43,355 nucleotides of DNA from Octopus sinensis (lineage: Eukaryota): positions 1-43,355 of the forward strand of contig NW_021834930.1 in assembly GCF_006345805.1 (NCBI RefSeq). The letters run 5' to 3'. Positions 23,390 to 36,745 of this stretch are shown here, one piece after another. Numbering within the stretch: the stretch's first letter is position 1; every line of letters starts with the position of its first letter. The position numbers were made by a program, and so were the translations under genes. The notes under the pieces are model-generated. The model had not been told where the DNA came from. It ran no database searches and saw only the letters and a list, made by a program, of their open reading frames with translations.

Positions 23390-24012
23390 TATTTATATAA
23401 TATATATACATACATACATACATACAATGGGCTTCTTTCAGTTTCTGTCTACCAAATCCATTCACAAGGCTTTGGTTGGTCCGAGGCTAGAGTAGAGGAT
23501 ACTTGCCCAAGGTGCCACATAACAAGACTGAACCTGGAACCATCTGGTTGGTAATCAAGCTATTTACCACACAACCACTCCTGCACCTGTTTATATATAT
23601 TTATATACTCTTTTACTCTTTTACTTGTTTCAGTCATTTGACTGCGGCCATGCTGGAGCACCGCCTTTAATCGAGCAACTCGACCCTAGGACTTATTCTT
23701 TTGTAAGCCCAGTACTTATTCTATCGGTCTCTTTTGCTGAACCGCTAAGTAATGGGGACATAAACACACCAGATCTGTTGTCAAGCAATGCTAGGGGGAC
23801 AAACACAGATACACCAAACACACACACGCATATATATATATAACATATTACGATGGCTTCTTTCAGTTTCCGTCTACCAAATCCACTCACAAGGCTTTGG
23901 TCGGCCCAAGGCTATAGTAGAAGACACTTGCCCAAGGTGCCACGCAGTGGGACTGAACCCGGGACCATTTGGTTCGTATGCAAGCTACTTACCACACAGC
24001 CACTCCTACGCC
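23117..24012 (-). mobile_element. Two adjacent SINE family A copies (23117-23588, 23607-24012)
   Basis: Match consensus. Confidence 0.9.
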
Positions 24013-24589
24013 TATATATATATAATTTTTCTGCTTCTGTTACCTTGAAGTTGTTTTTCCAAAATTGCTTACAAACAATTATGATAAATATTTAAGCATG
24101 ATGTTGCTTATAATGCATAGATATATTGAATATGTACATATTTGTGCCTATGTGTATGCATATGTACAATACACATACACAGATAGCTAGATAGATAGAT
24201 AGACAGACTAATAAAAACACACACACGCACACATATAGGTATCCAATGCTCCGATGCATTGTGAGAACATGACATTACTATGTTCTTATTATTTTAATTC
24301 AATTTATTAAAAACTTCAACGTCAATACGAATATTTAATTTCAATCTAATTTCACTTTAGCATTTTCACTTATTCAGTTGGAAGCCTAGATATTTTGCAA
24401 ATGCAGTTCTGAATTGAAAACACAACAAAAAACTAGCAAGAAATAATTCCACATGAAAATGCATCACGTAAAATAGTGCATTATTAAGTGATATTCACCT
24501 GGGAATACATATGTTACATGTTACTGCTATCTCCAGGTGTTCTCTTGTATTAATTGATTCCTCACATCACTTCTACCATCACTATCATG

Positions 24590-24591
24590 AC

Positions 24592-24634
<43 letters not shown>

Positions 24635-24859
24635 TATACATATAAATATATATATATGTATATACCTATAAATATATATATATATACATATAAATATATA
24701 TATATATATAACATATAATATATAATATATATACATATAAATATATATATATACATATAAATATATATATACATATATATATAATATATATATGTATATA
24801 ATACATATATATGTATATACATACATATATATATATATGAATATACATATATATATATA

Positions 24860-24893
<34 letters not shown>

Positions 24894-24941
24894 ATATTAT
24901 ATATACTATATATATATATATATACATAATATATATATATA

Positions 24942-24972
<31 letters not shown>

Positions 24973-25046
24973 ACACTATATATATATACATATATATATA
25001 TGTATATAATATATATATATGTACATACATACATACATACATATAA

Positions 25047-25096
<50 letters not shown>

Positions 25097-25135
25097 CACA
25101 TATATGTATATACATACATATATATATATATATAC
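24590..25135. repeat. Long imperfect (TA)n
   Basis: Direct reading. Confidence 0.95.
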
Positions 25136-25621
25136 TATGGCATTCTGTCGGTTATGATGACAAGGTTTCCAGTTGATCCAATCAACAGAACAGCCTTTTC
25201 ATAAAATTAGCATGCAAATGGCTGAGCACTCCACAGACACGTGTACCCTTGATGTAGTTCTTGGGGGAGATCCAGTGTTGGAAGGTACCACATGAGTGAA
25301 AATATATAGGGAAGAGGATTTGAAAATACACAGGTCTTATAAAGATGTTTTACGTGAACTGCTTAAACACAAACCCTCTCTTAACATTGTCTTATCATTG
25401 TCAAAAACTCTATCACTGAATTTTAATACATCTATGTTAACTAGTTTTGAACGCCGCAAACCGGTCAGGTCAATAAACATTATTAAAAGGCCTCTGCATT
25501 TTCAAATCCTCTTAGACATACATACATACATATGTATATGTATATGTGTGTGTATATGGCGGTGCCCCAGCATGGCCACAGCTCATGAGCTGAAACTAGA
25601 ATCAATCATATATAAATATGT

Positions 25622-25934
25622 GGAGGCGCAATGGCCCAGTAGTTAGGGCAGCGGACTCGCAGTCGTAGGATCGCGGTTTCGAATTCCCAGACCGGGCGTT
25701 GTGAGTGTTTATTGAGCAAAAACACCTAAAGCTCCACGAAGCTCCGGGAAGGGTGGGGGTGGCGATCCCTGTTGTACACTTTAGCCACAACTTTCTCTCA
25801 CTCTTTCTTCTGTTGGCCTACTCGCTTAGCCAGCGGGGTGGCATCATTTGAAGGCTAAAACAATGCGAAGCGCATTGTGACCAGCGATGTGTAGCAACAT
25901 CTGATAGCCTGGTCGGTCCCGGTGATCACCGTGA
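25622..25934 (+). mobile_element. tRNA-derived SINE family D
   Basis: A-box TGGCCCAGTAG, B-box-like GGTTTCGAATTCC; inverted copy at 32472-32771; related copy 27922-28228. Confidence 0.8.
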
Positions 25935-26022
25935 TATATATATATATAGGAAAATGTGTTGTTGAAAATCCACTTAAATTTCAAAAGCTCGTAAATGTTT
26001 GAAATACATTTATTTACATATA

Positions 26023-26065
26023 TACCAAACTAGTTTCAACAATATTTTTTTGTTTATCAATGGTA
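26023..26065 (-). ncRNA. Hammerhead-like motif (U3-A8), left arm
   Basis: Mirror of 26321-26362. Confidence 0.45.
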
Positions 26066-26320
26066 AAAAGTGTAAAATTAGAAAAACATTGTTATAAGTT
26101 TCAATGTTGACAAATCAAAATGTTTCAATGTTGTACATTCTAATAAATTAATATACAGTTTTAATTTCAAACTTACACCTTCTGTTTTGAACATGATAAT
26201 TTATCAACATTGAAACATTTTAATTTATCAACATTGAAACATTTTAATTTGTCAAGATTGAACCATTTTAATTTGTCAACATTGAAACTTATAACTATGT
26301 TTTTCTAATTTTACACTTTT

Positions 26321-26362
26321 TACCATTGATAAACAAAAACTATTGTTGAAACTAGTTTGGTA
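26321..26362 (+). ncRNA. Hammerhead-like motif (U3-A8), right arm
   Basis: UACCA-UUGAUAA-ACAA[AAACUA]UUGU-U-GAAA-CUAG-UU-UGGUA: 5-bp stem I, palindromic AACUAGUU; stem II one nt out of register. Confidence 0.45.
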
Positions 26363-26486
26363 TATATGTAAATAAATGTATTTTAAACATTTACGAGCTT
26401 TTGAAATTTAAGTGCATTTTCAACAACACATTTTCCTATATTTTTTTCCTGTGTGGAAACACCACTCCCTCTTTTGCTATATATAC

Positions 26487-26518
<32 letters not shown>

Positions 26519-26520
26519 GT

Positions 26521-26849
26521 ATGGCTCAGTGGTTAGAGCATCGAGCTTACGATCGTGAGGTTGTGAGCTCGAATCCCGGACCGGGCTGCGTGTTGGTTTC
26601 TTGAGCAAGGCACTTTATTTCACGTTGCTCCAGTTCACTCAGCTGTAGAAATGAGTTGCGACGTCAATGGTGCCAAGCTGTATCGGCCCTTGCCTTTCCC
26701 TGGAAAATTGGTGGTGTGGAGAGGGGAGGCTGGTATGCATGGGCGACTGCTGGTCTTCCATAAACAACCTTGCCCGGACTTGTGTCTAGGAGGGTAACTT
26801 TCTAGGTGCAATCCCATGGTCAATCATGACCGAGAAGGGGTCTTTACCC

Positions 26850-26853
<4 letters not shown>
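26521..26853 (+). mobile_element. tRNA-derived SINE family E
   Basis: TGGCTCAGTGG A-box, B-box-like GCTCGAATCC; copies at 27441-27775 (+) and 35890-36213 (-). Confidence 0.85.
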
Positions 26854-26880
<27 letters not shown>

Positions 26881-27187
26881 GATATATATATATTATGTTG
26901 TGTATATATATATATATATAATATATATATATATATATGTGTGTATATATATATATATATATGTGTATATATAATATATATATATGCATGTATTAGTGAC
27001 ACATTTATAGCGTTTTGATTCAATGCTATATTTTAAACCAAAAGCTATCCTATAGATCTTTAACCAGCACTGTATGTATAGACAAATGAAAATACCTTGT
27101 TTTATATATACAGTACCTTGATGAATGGAAAATATGAGATTAACCAAAATCAACCAAACTAGTTTCAACCTTCAGTTTGAATTTCAG

Positions 27188-27243
27188 CAACCAAGTTACT
27201 GTTTTAACTATTCATGGAGACACTACTTCCCAACCCATTAAAG
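27188..27243 (+). CDS. Candidate 56-nt exon (NQVTVLTIHGDTTSQPIK, phase 2 to 1)
   Basis: tttgaatttcag| acceptor, AAG|gtataa donor; one frame open. Confidence 0.2.
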
Positions 27244-27440
27244 GTATAAACAAATTGGATACACCAATTTGCAACATCTGTGCTAACTACAATTATGTGA
27301 ATATATTTTGCAATGCAATATTATATTGAAATATAACACTATTAACACACTGGTAAATTATTACTCAAATGAGCTGCTAAGTACATGTTACATATGCAAA
27401 TTGGTCTATTTGGTTTAATTAAGCTCTTAGTCACAGAGTG

Positions 27441-27775
27441 AAGGCACGTGGCTCAGTGCTTAGAGCATAAGGTTTACGAGACTGAGGTTGGGAGTTCGAT
27501 TCCTGAACCAGGCTGTGTGCTCTGTTCTTGAGCAAGACACTTTTATTTTACACTGTTCTATTTAACTCAGTTGTAGAAATGAGCTGCAATGTTACTGGTG
27601 CCAAGCTGTATCAGCTTTTGCTTTTCCCTTGGACAACATTGGTGGCATTGAGAGCAGAGACTCTCTTCTGGTCTTCAATAAAACAACCTTGCCTGGACTT
27701 GTCCTTTGGGCGGTGGGGAACTTTGTAGGTGCAATCACACGGTCATTTGTGACTGAAGTGGGGGTCCTTACCCTT
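27441..27775 (+). mobile_element. SINE family E
   Basis: Matches 26521-26853. Confidence 0.85.
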
Positions 27776-27921
27776 AGTCATAGTGCATTTATAAACTATA
27801 GCTGTGTGGATAGTTGCATCAGGTATTCAGTTATTAAGGAAATCACTACACAAGAGTGAAACAGCTGTGTGATGTTATTTCCTCTGTCAGGAAATATATT
27901 GTGGTGCTACTTTAGTGTGTG

Positions 27922-28228
27922 TGGAGGCACATGGCCTTGTGGTTATAGCAGCGGACTCGTGGTCGAGGGATTGCGGGTTCGAATCTCAGACTGGGTGATG
28001 TGTGTTTATGAGTGAAACACCTACACTCCACGCAGCTCTGGCAGAAGGTAATGGCGAACTTCTGCTGACTCTTTCACCACAACTTTCTCTCACACTCTTT
28101 CCTCCTGCATCTTGCAGCTCACCTGCGATGGACCAGCATCCTGTCCAGGTGGGGAACCTATACACCAATAAAACTGGGAAACCAGCCCTTATGAGCCAGG
28201 CATGGCTCGAGAAGGAACAAACAACAAC
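27922..28228 (+). mobile_element. tRNA-derived SINE related to family D
   Basis: A-box TGGCCTTGTGG, B-box GGTTCGAATCTC; (AAC)n tail. Confidence 0.8.
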
Positions 28229-28540
28229 TTCAGTGTGCAGCCAACTGTAAAATGACCTGACCTGTGTTAAAATTAGAGCTAGAGTTTAGAGCAAGGGTTA
28301 GATTATACACTAGAGTGTAAATAGCAGGTAGACTGCATGCCAAAGTGTCACTGATATTGTATATCAAATTGAGATATTTATCTCTGTGTCTTTCTCTATG
28401 TACAGTATTCACTATAAAACATCTATAAATATAGAGGTGCTTATGCCTGACTAAATATATATGTAGATTTTTCTTCAACCATGTAATGACACGTGTGCTT
28501 TTCTTGGACTATTCTTTTACTCTTCTCCGGACTTTCCCCT

Positions 28541-28575
28541 TTTTCTGATGAAGAGCCATGCTTGAAACATCACAC
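28541..28575 (+). ncRNA. Hammerhead-like motif with canonical core and decayed stem I, in a pLTR-like element (~28490-28705) abutting (TA)n
   Basis: CUGAUGA-A-GAGC[CAU]GCUU-GAAA-CAUC. Confidence 0.5.
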
Positions 28576-28705
28576 CCATGATGCTGAGAGAAAGTTTAAA
28601 ATGGAAAACCATTTTCAACTTTCTCTGTATCATTTTAATACGTCCAATGCATATGTCCTCTTGACTTTTTTTTGTCTTTTTCCTTTTTTTTTACTTTTGA
28701 TTTAC

Positions 28706-28788
28706 CTATATATATATATATATATATATGTATATAATATATGTATATATATATATGATATTATATATACATGTGTCTGTATGTGTCT

Positions 28789-28833
<45 letters not shown>

Positions 28834-29160
28834 GCATATATTTATACATGTGTGAGTGTATGTGTATATATTATACACACACACAGGTATAATATATATA
28901 TACATATATATATATACATACATGTGTGTGTGTGTGTATATATATATAATATATATATATATACACATGTGTGTGTGTGTGTCTATATATATTATATTAT
29001 ATATATATATTATATATATTATATATACACATGTGTTATATTATATATATATATATATATATGTTTACATGTGTATATAGATATGGATATATATATACTT
29101 TATATATATATATGTATGTATATATGTGTATAGATATGTATATATATATATATATATATG
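28706..29160. repeat. (TA)n/(TG)n mosaic microsatellite
   Basis: Direct reading. Confidence 0.95.
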
Positions 29161-29631
29161 TTGAGATGAAAAATCTATAGATATACATAGTAGAACAGTA
29201 TACAAATGCTTATGTGGATATCTATGGGTATAAGTTTTGGCAGCTGGTTTGTGTGATGTATGTGTAACAACCAGAAAGAGATAGTGTGTGTGTATATGTG
29301 TGTATGTGATTGAGTAAGTATATGTAAATGTAGTATTTGCGCTTTCTACATCCACACACCATTAAATGTCTTGCTATGCAAGAAAGAATATTTAAGTCAA
29401 CACTATATGTACATTTGTGTATATATATGTATGAATATATATGTGTATCTGAGTGTGTGTGTGTGTGTGAATGTATGTGTGTTAGTAACAGAAAAGGTAT
29501 CTAGCCATAAAAAAATCTGCTTCAGTGAATTCCATCTGAGCCCATGCAAGGAATGAAAAGTTGGCCTGAAAATGATGGCGATGTATGTGTGTGTTTATAT
29601 ATGTAAATATTTACATACATACATATGTATA

Positions 29632-29685
<54 letters not shown>

Positions 29686-29939
29686 ACGTACATATTTTGT
29701 TTGCTAGCAGGCCCTCTGAGACTGACGCTGTTAATGTCCTGTTCAAACTGTTGCAAGTCAACACATGCAGGAAAGACATGAGTCGAGAAAAGATTCCAGA
29801 GGGTTGATATTCAGAGGAAAGGAAGAATTGGCACAGTGGGTGCCCAGGGTTACAAGGGGTGAACAGATGGGTAAGCCTGGAGTCCCTGAGTAGTAAAAGT
29901 ACGAGCCCAACCACCATCCTGTAGCAAAGCCATTCAGTG

Positions 29940-29977
<38 letters not shown>

Positions 29978-30221
29978 TTTAAACATGGTATGTTATTTAA
30001 ACATACACATGGTAGTATGTTGATTAAAGCAGTTTCAGTGTCAATGGCCACCTGATGTCAGCCACAGTATTGATATAAATGCTACTGGCTCTACCTCAGG
30101 AATTCTTCAGTGTTTGTTGAGTATATAATAAATGAGAAAAACAGAAAATATAATTAATAAAGAAGCTCATGAATACCATTTTATGGTTCTCTCATTTGCT
30201 GTATAAATATATGTGTATATA

Positions 30222-30266
<45 letters not shown>

Positions 30267-30391
30267 ATAAATTATGTATAAATTTTACCTTTAAAGGCAT
30301 TTTTTGATATGCTGGCCATTGATAGAATTTTTTTCTCGAAAAAAATTTTATCCTATATCAATTATAAATTATTATATATATATATATATAT

Positions 30392-30628
30392 GAGCACCAA
30401 CAATTTGATCTCTTTGAAAGTCTGATAGATATGTCATTTTAATGAATTTTAAATACATTTTTCTGATGATATCTGAAAAGAAACAGCAATTTTAGCAAAA
30501 CATATTAAGCAACACTAATAATAAATCAAAAAACATAAAAATAAACAAGCTTTTGACGGTTTTATAGATATTACAAAATTATGATGCTATGATGCTAGGT
30601 GTTTCCATTATTTTGTCCAAACCCTGTA
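30392..30628. mobile_element. Possible Tc1-like terminal remnant
   Basis: Ends GTTTCCATTATTTTGTCCAAACCCTG-TA (CAGGGTTTGGACAAAATAATGGAAAC on minus strand), a typical Tc1 TIR start; partner TIR not found. Confidence 0.45.
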
Positions 30629-30634
30629 TATACC

Positions 30635-31261
30635 CACGAGGGGGTGCTGAAAAGTTCCTGGTTTTAAGGGTATCATGAAAGGTCCAACCTACTGAGTTCT
30701 TTTGCAGGGCTTAGAAAACCTGAAGGACCACTGCAATTAGTGTGTGAATCTGAGAAGGTACTATCTTTATATATAAAAGTGAGGTTGTGTGCTGTCTGTC
30801 TCCTACGATTTAGATTCCTAACTACTGCCACATTTTGCGGTGCAGTTTAACCTAAACCGGGTATCTTATAGTCGTGATTCATATTGAGCTGTTCTGGGTA
30901 GTAGCGCGCGTCTACGATGAGTGTACGATTTAAAAAAAAATTTACCATAATTTTTTTCCATTTTAATGCATTTTTTCGCTATTATATAAGGGAGGTAACT
31001 CTCTAAAAATGTCTGGGTATTAGCGCGCGTCTACGATGAGTCTACGATTTAAAAAAAAATTTATCATCATTTTTTTTCCATTTTTAATGCATTTTTTTGC
31101 TATTTTTTGGCTATAACTCTCTAAAAATGCTAATATAGTTATTTCCCTTACAAACCCGAGCAACGCTGGGCGATACTGCTAGTGTTAAATATAATCATAA
31201 TTAACTGATCCTGTATTTTCTTTTACCCAAAGCCAGAAACTTTGCAGCCATCCCTCTCATA
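30635..31261 (+). mobile_element. Mariner-derived MITE interrupted by a Helitron
   Basis: TIR-like CGAGGGGGTGCTGAAAAGTTCCTGG / CCAGAAACTTTGCAGCCATCCCTC; rejoined sequence reads GLENLKDHCN*CVNLRRYYVK (mariner C-terminus-like). Confidence 0.7.
30764..31182 (+). mobile_element. Non-autonomous Helitron with an internal 119-bp tandem duplication
   Basis: A|TC 5' end, 3' hairpin CCCGAGCAACGCTGGG then CTAG|T, no TSD; TCTGGGTA.TAGCGCGCGTCTACG at 30893 and 31012. Confidence 0.88.
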
Positions 31262-31519
31262 TATAAGTTAAAATAAGACTGTTGTTTAAAAGCAAGTTTA
31301 AGAATAAGAACAGAACATTTAATGTTGGGGGTGGTTCTAAACTGAAAATGGAGTCAAATTTACCCAGGAAATCAATTTGAATGGAATTTCAAGCTTTGTG
31401 TATTGGCTTATTCAACCAGTCAATAGGTGAGGCTTGACATTCCAGACAAGTTGATTTATACATGAATATATTTTAATATGTTTACACGTGGTCGTGTGGG
31501 GTCGTGTGTGGGCATATAT

Positions 31520-31753
31520 ATCATCATCATCATTGTTTAACATCTGTTTTCCATGCTGGCATGGGTTGGATAGTTTGATTGAAGACTGGCAAGCCAGTAG
31601 GCTGCACTAGGCTCCAGTCTGATCTAGTGACGTTTCTACAGATTGATGCCCTTCCTAATGCCAACCACTCAGAGTGTAGTGAGTGCTTTTCACATACCAC
31701 CAGCACAGGAGCCAGTTGGTGGGGGTACTGGCTTTGACAATGTTCAGGAGGTG

Positions 31754-31793
<40 letters not shown>

Positions 31794-32385
31794 GGAGTAA
31801 GCACGTAAATGTGAAACAAGGTGGAAAGAAGAGTACTCAAATACCAGAGTAACAGATTTTGTTATATTTCTGCTGCTTTTAAATAAAGTATATATCATCA
31901 TCATCATCATCATCATCATTTAGCGTCCGCTTTCCATGCTAGCATGGGTTGGACGGTTCAACTGGGGTCTGGGAAGCCAGAAGGCTGCACCAGGCCCAGT
32001 CTGATCTGGCAGTGTTTCTACGGCTGGATGCCCTTCCTAACACCAACCACTCTGTGAGTGTAGTGGGTGGCTTTTTACGTGATATATATCATCATCATCA
32101 TCTGGCATGGGTTAGACAGTTCAACTGGGGTCTGGGATACCCTTCTTAATGCCAACCACTCCAAGAGTGTAGTGGGTGCTTTTTACGTGCCACCGGCACA
32201 GGGGCCAGAAGTACTACTGGCATCAACCACGATCAGATGGTGCTTTTTACATGCCACCAGCACAGAAGCCAGTCAAAGCAGCACTGGCATCGGCCATGTT
32301 TGGATGGTGCATTTTATGTGCTACTGGTATGGGGCTCACAACTATAATTTCCATTTGATTTGATTTTGATATTGCTGATGGTGAT
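31520..32385 (-). mobile_element. Cluster of family C (RTE 3'UTR) fragments
   Basis: Three partial copies, each starting with (CAT)n. Confidence 0.75.
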
Positions 32386-32471
32386 GTGTATATATCTATA
32401 TATATATATATATATACACACACACGTATACATGTATACATATGTGCCCACACATGATCGCATATATATAT

Positions 32472-32771
32472 GTCACGTCACGTGATCATGTGACCGACCA
32501 GACCATCAGATGTTGTTACACATCGCTGGTGACAATGCGTTTGCATTGTTTTAGCCTTCGAATGACGCCACCCCGCTGGCCAAGTGAGCAGGCCAACAGA
32601 AGAAAGAGTGGGAGAAAGAGTGGTGAAAGAGTACAGCAGGGATCACCACCCCCTGCCGGAGCCTTGTGGAGCTTTTAGGTGTTTTCGCTCAATAAACACT
32701 CACAACGCCCGGTCTGGGAATCGAAACCACGATCCTGCGACCGCGAGTCCGCTGCCCTAACCACTAGGCCA
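32472..32771 (-). mobile_element. SINE family D
   Basis: Reverse complement of 25622-25934. Confidence 0.85.
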
Positions 32772-32799
32772 TATATATGTACATACATATATATATACA

Positions 32800-32840
<41 letters not shown>

Positions 32841-33204
32841 TTCCGGGTTCAGTCTCTCTCTCTCTATATATATATATATATTTATGTCTATATATTAATA
32901 TGTGTGTGTGTGTGTGTGTGTGAGCAAGTGTATACAGGTAAGAGCTAATGACAGAAAGGTCATCCAACCATAGAAAATCTCGCTCACAACATTCTATGTG
33001 ACTCATGCATGCAACCATGAATAAGTTGACACTAAAATGTTGATGGTGTATCATAATCATCTTAAGTCTGCTTCAAAAGCTGGCATATAAACTGGACAGG
33101 ACAAGTCATCATGGCTCGAATCCTCTGATTTGGGAAACGTTGTTCTCACAGACATCTGCCCCAGTTTTATTTTGACTTGGTTTCTATGTCAGATGCTCTT
33201 CCAA

Positions 33205-33420
33205 TTCTTTCCTACTCTAGGTACAAGGCCCAAAATTTTGGGGGAGGGGGCCAGTTGATTCGATCGACCCCAGTATGCAACCGGTACTTGATTTATCAAC
33301 CCCGGAAGAGTGAAAGGCAAAGTGGACCTTGGTGGAATTTGAACTCGGAACGTAAAGACGGATGAAATACCGCGAAGCATTTCATCCTCCATGCTAATGT
33401 TTCCGCCAGCTCACCCCCTT
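33205..33420 (-). mobile_element. SINE family B
   Basis: Matches 1208-1427. Confidence 0.85.
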
Positions 33421-34344
33421 AAATGCTCTTCCTATTGCTACTTTACAAACTATGCCAGGAATATTGTATTGCGACACAGATATTAGTGAGGTTGCATAGT
33501 TTTCAGTGAGATAGAATATTAGGGACTGCATTTACCAACCACTTTTCAGTGTGTACATGGTGCATTTTTCATGACACCAGTAGCAGAGAGGCTGATATGC
33601 TCACAAATCCTTCTTGAGATGGTAAGATGTGGTAGCTCTTTGCCAAGCCAAGGACATATGAAGATGGGGTGGGAAATGTAGAAAGTACTCTATAACCTTT
33701 TTTTGTTACTATAGTTCTGTGTCAGTACACTGTGTTTATTTCAATTAACGTTCAAAATAATTACACTGTGTAACACGATTTTTGTCCCAGGGTAGCAACT
33801 TTTATTTCCTATTTGCTTATCCCTAGAAAGTATGAAAAATGGTTAATATTTCTTTCAAACTTTGCCTTTGTTACACTTACTTAAACCCCAAAGAACCCCC
33901 TCTCAGCACATGGCTATGTTGCTCCCCTATTACTCCTGCTCATGATCAGAGATGCATATATTGTCAAGGGACATGTTGAAGTGGTTAAGGTCAAGCAAAT
34001 GACAAGCAAATCTGTGGTACTGAACGGAATATTTGCTCTAACAATATTTCTGCTTCAGCAATTCAGCACTGAATCTGTCTAAAATATAATGGAAAATAAG
34101 TCAGTTTCAAAACATTGATGTGCAGGTTACAAAAGCAAAGTTTAAAGGGAATAGTAATCATTTCCTTAGACTTCTAGACAGAAGCAAAAAGGTAATAACA
34201 CTTACTGACCAAAGACAAAATTTTGTTACGCTGTGTTGTGAATGGAACATAAATTGTTGGAAGGTTTTAACCCAGATCACTTTAAAACAGTGAATTTGTA
34301 TCATAAGGCCAATGGAAGTTACAGATAGGTTGGGATGAAAAGGG

Positions 34345-34572
34345 TTAACCCTTTCATTACTGTATTTATTTTAAGATGCTCTGTGTTTCTTTCAATTACT
34401 TTAAATATAACAAAGAATTTAGTAAAATAACTTAGTTATCATTAAGCTAGTGTTAGGAACATAAATTGCGACTAAGGTTTGGTGGAAGATTTTAATTCAG
34501 AACTTATGAAAACAAGATATTTGTACTCAGAGCCAGGGGCGGTTTCAGCCGGTTTGGTAATGAAAGGGTTAA
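34345..34572. mobile_element. piggyBac-type MITE, uninterrupted
   Basis: TTAACCCTTTCATTAC / GTAATGAAAGGGTTAA; its left TTAA is also the end of a preceding AAAAGGG-TTAA element. Confidence 0.9.
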
Positions 34573-34665
34573 ATGTGTGAATTAAGAAGGGCATGCTAGA
34601 AAGAGCAAGTGATAATAGCAGCAGAGCCAGAAACATATAGCGACTAATACATTTAGATGTATGTA

Positions 34666-35040
34666 TTCTTTCATTCTGTTTCAGTCATCTTGACTGCGGC
34701 CATGCTGGAGCACCGCCTTTAGTCAAACGAATCAACACCAGGACTTATTCTTTGTAAGCCTAGTACTTGTTCTATCAGTCTCTTTTGCTGAACCACTAAG
34801 TTACAAGGATGTGAACACACCAACATCGGTTGTCAAGTGATGGTGGGGGACAAACACACACACAAACATACATATATATGACGGGCTTCTTTCAGTTTTC
34901 ATCAACCAGATCCACTCACAAGGTTTTGGTTGGCTTGAGGCTTTAGTAGAAGATACTTGTCCAAGGTGTCACGCAGGTGGGACTGAACCCGGAACCATGT
35001 GGTTGGTAAGCAAGCTACTTACCACACAGCCACTCCTGCA
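34666..35040 (-). mobile_element. SINE family A
   Basis: Matches consensus. Confidence 0.9.
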
Positions 35041-35581
35041 CTTCTTTTCTATAATGCCACCCCTCGCATCTCCAACATCATTCCGACATATGTTCTTACA
35101 AGTTTACATGCCTCATTACTTCAGCCCTTCAGAATTAGGGATCGCATGACGTGCACTTCATAGAATGTCAGTGCATTTCTAGGAACTTAATTAACAGGTG
35201 TGATTTTATTTCAGGAAAATGTAGCCTGAGAAACCTGAAATGTATGTTTTTTTTATGCTTAAGTGATCTTTGTTATGCCAACTACAGTGATGGGCGTTTA
35301 TGCATACATATGTAAATACATGTATTTATATATGGATGCACAAATTTATATATGTGTATATATGTATGTATTCTTTTATTCGTTTCACTCATTTGACTGC
35401 AGCCATGCGGGTGCACCGCCTTTAGTCAAACATATCGACCCCAGGACTTATTCTTTGTAAGCCTAGTACTAATTCTATAGGTCTCCTTTGCCAAACCGCT
35501 AAGTTACGGGGATGTAAACACTCAAGCATCGGTTGTCAAATGATGTTGGGGGGACAAACACAGACACACAAACATATACAT

Positions 35582-35634
<53 letters not shown>

Positions 35635-35889
35635 TATATATATTATCCCACGTGGGGATAATTGAAATTCCTCTTTTCTGTTACTACTATATAGTAGTAT
35701 ACGGAGCTTTTGACTGGTAGCACTTGCATGTGCAAGTTGTTTGCAAGACATATTTAATCTTTTGTTTCAGTCATCAGACTGTGGCCATGCTGGGGCACCA
35801 CCTCGATGGGCTTTAGTTGAATGAATTGACCCTAGTGCTTATTTTTTTAAAACCTGGTACTTATTCTGTTGGTCTCTTTTGCTGGATTA

Positions 35890-36213
35890 AAGACCCCCTT
35901 TGGTTATGAATGGCCATGAGATTGTACCCAGAAAGTTCCCTTCCTGGGTACAAGTCTGGGCGAGGTTGTTTGTGGGAGACCAGCAGTCACCCATGCATAC
36001 CGGTCTCCTTTATCCACGCCACTGATGTTATCCAAGGGAAAGGCAATGGCCGATACAGCTTGGCACCAATGTTGCCGCAACTCATTTCTACAGCTGAGTG
36101 AAGTGGAGCAACATGAAATAAAGTGTCTTGCTCAAGAACAGAACATGCAGCCCGTTCCGGGAATTGAACTCACTACCCCATGATTGTGAGCCTGACACTC
36201 TAACCACTGAGCC
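35890..36213 (-). mobile_element. SINE family E nested in a family A-like SINE (35757-36470)
   Basis: Reverse complement of 26521-26853; family A halves on both sides. Confidence 0.8.
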
Positions 36214-36278
36214 AGTTGTCAAGTAGTGATGGGAACAAATGCAGACACAAAGACACACACACACATATATATATATAG

Positions 36279-36309
<31 letters not shown>

Positions 36310-36493
36310 ACGACAGGCTTTCTTTCAGTTTCTGTGTACTAAATTCACTCACGAAGCTTTGGTCACCCCAAGGCCGTAATACAAGACATTTGTCCAAGAT
36401 GTCACACAGTGGAACTGAACCCAGAACCATGTGGCCAAGAAGCAAACTTCTTGCCACACAGTCATGCCTATACCTCACACAGCTACATCTATT

Positions 36494-36745
36494 CATCATC
36501 ATCATCATCATCGTTTAGCATCCACTTTCCATGTTGGCATGGGTTGGACGGTTCAACTGGGGTCTGGGAAGTCAGAAGGCTGCACCAGGCCCAGTCTGAT
36601 CTGGCAATGTTTCTACAGCTGGATACTCTTCCTAACGCCAACCACTCTATGAGTGTAGTGGGTGCTTTTTACGTGCCACCGGCACAGGTGCCAGACGAGG
36701 CTGGCAAACGGCCACGATCGGATGGTGCTTTTTATGTGCCACCTG
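36494..36745 (-). mobile_element. Family C (RTE 3'UTR) fragment
   Basis: Matches 19323-19560. Confidence 0.8.

Larger units (their letters stand above)
25949..26436. mobile_element. Long palindromic element (~185 bp near-perfect arms, 24-bp internal tandem repeats) with an HHR-like motif in each arm
   Basis: GGAAAATGTGTTGTTGAAAAT... / ...ATTTTCAACAACACATTTTCC; repeats at 26198, 26222, 26246, 26270; TA flanks. Confidence 0.85.

Noticed and set aside
24527-25115. Y/I-rich ORFs
   Set aside because: (TA)n microsatellite
25622-25695. tRNA gene
   Set aside because: tRNA-like SINE head continuing into a SINE body; no complete acceptor stem; multiple copies
33550-33621. Exon ending ATG|gtaaga
   Set aside because: Sequence appears to be a degenerate family C repeat
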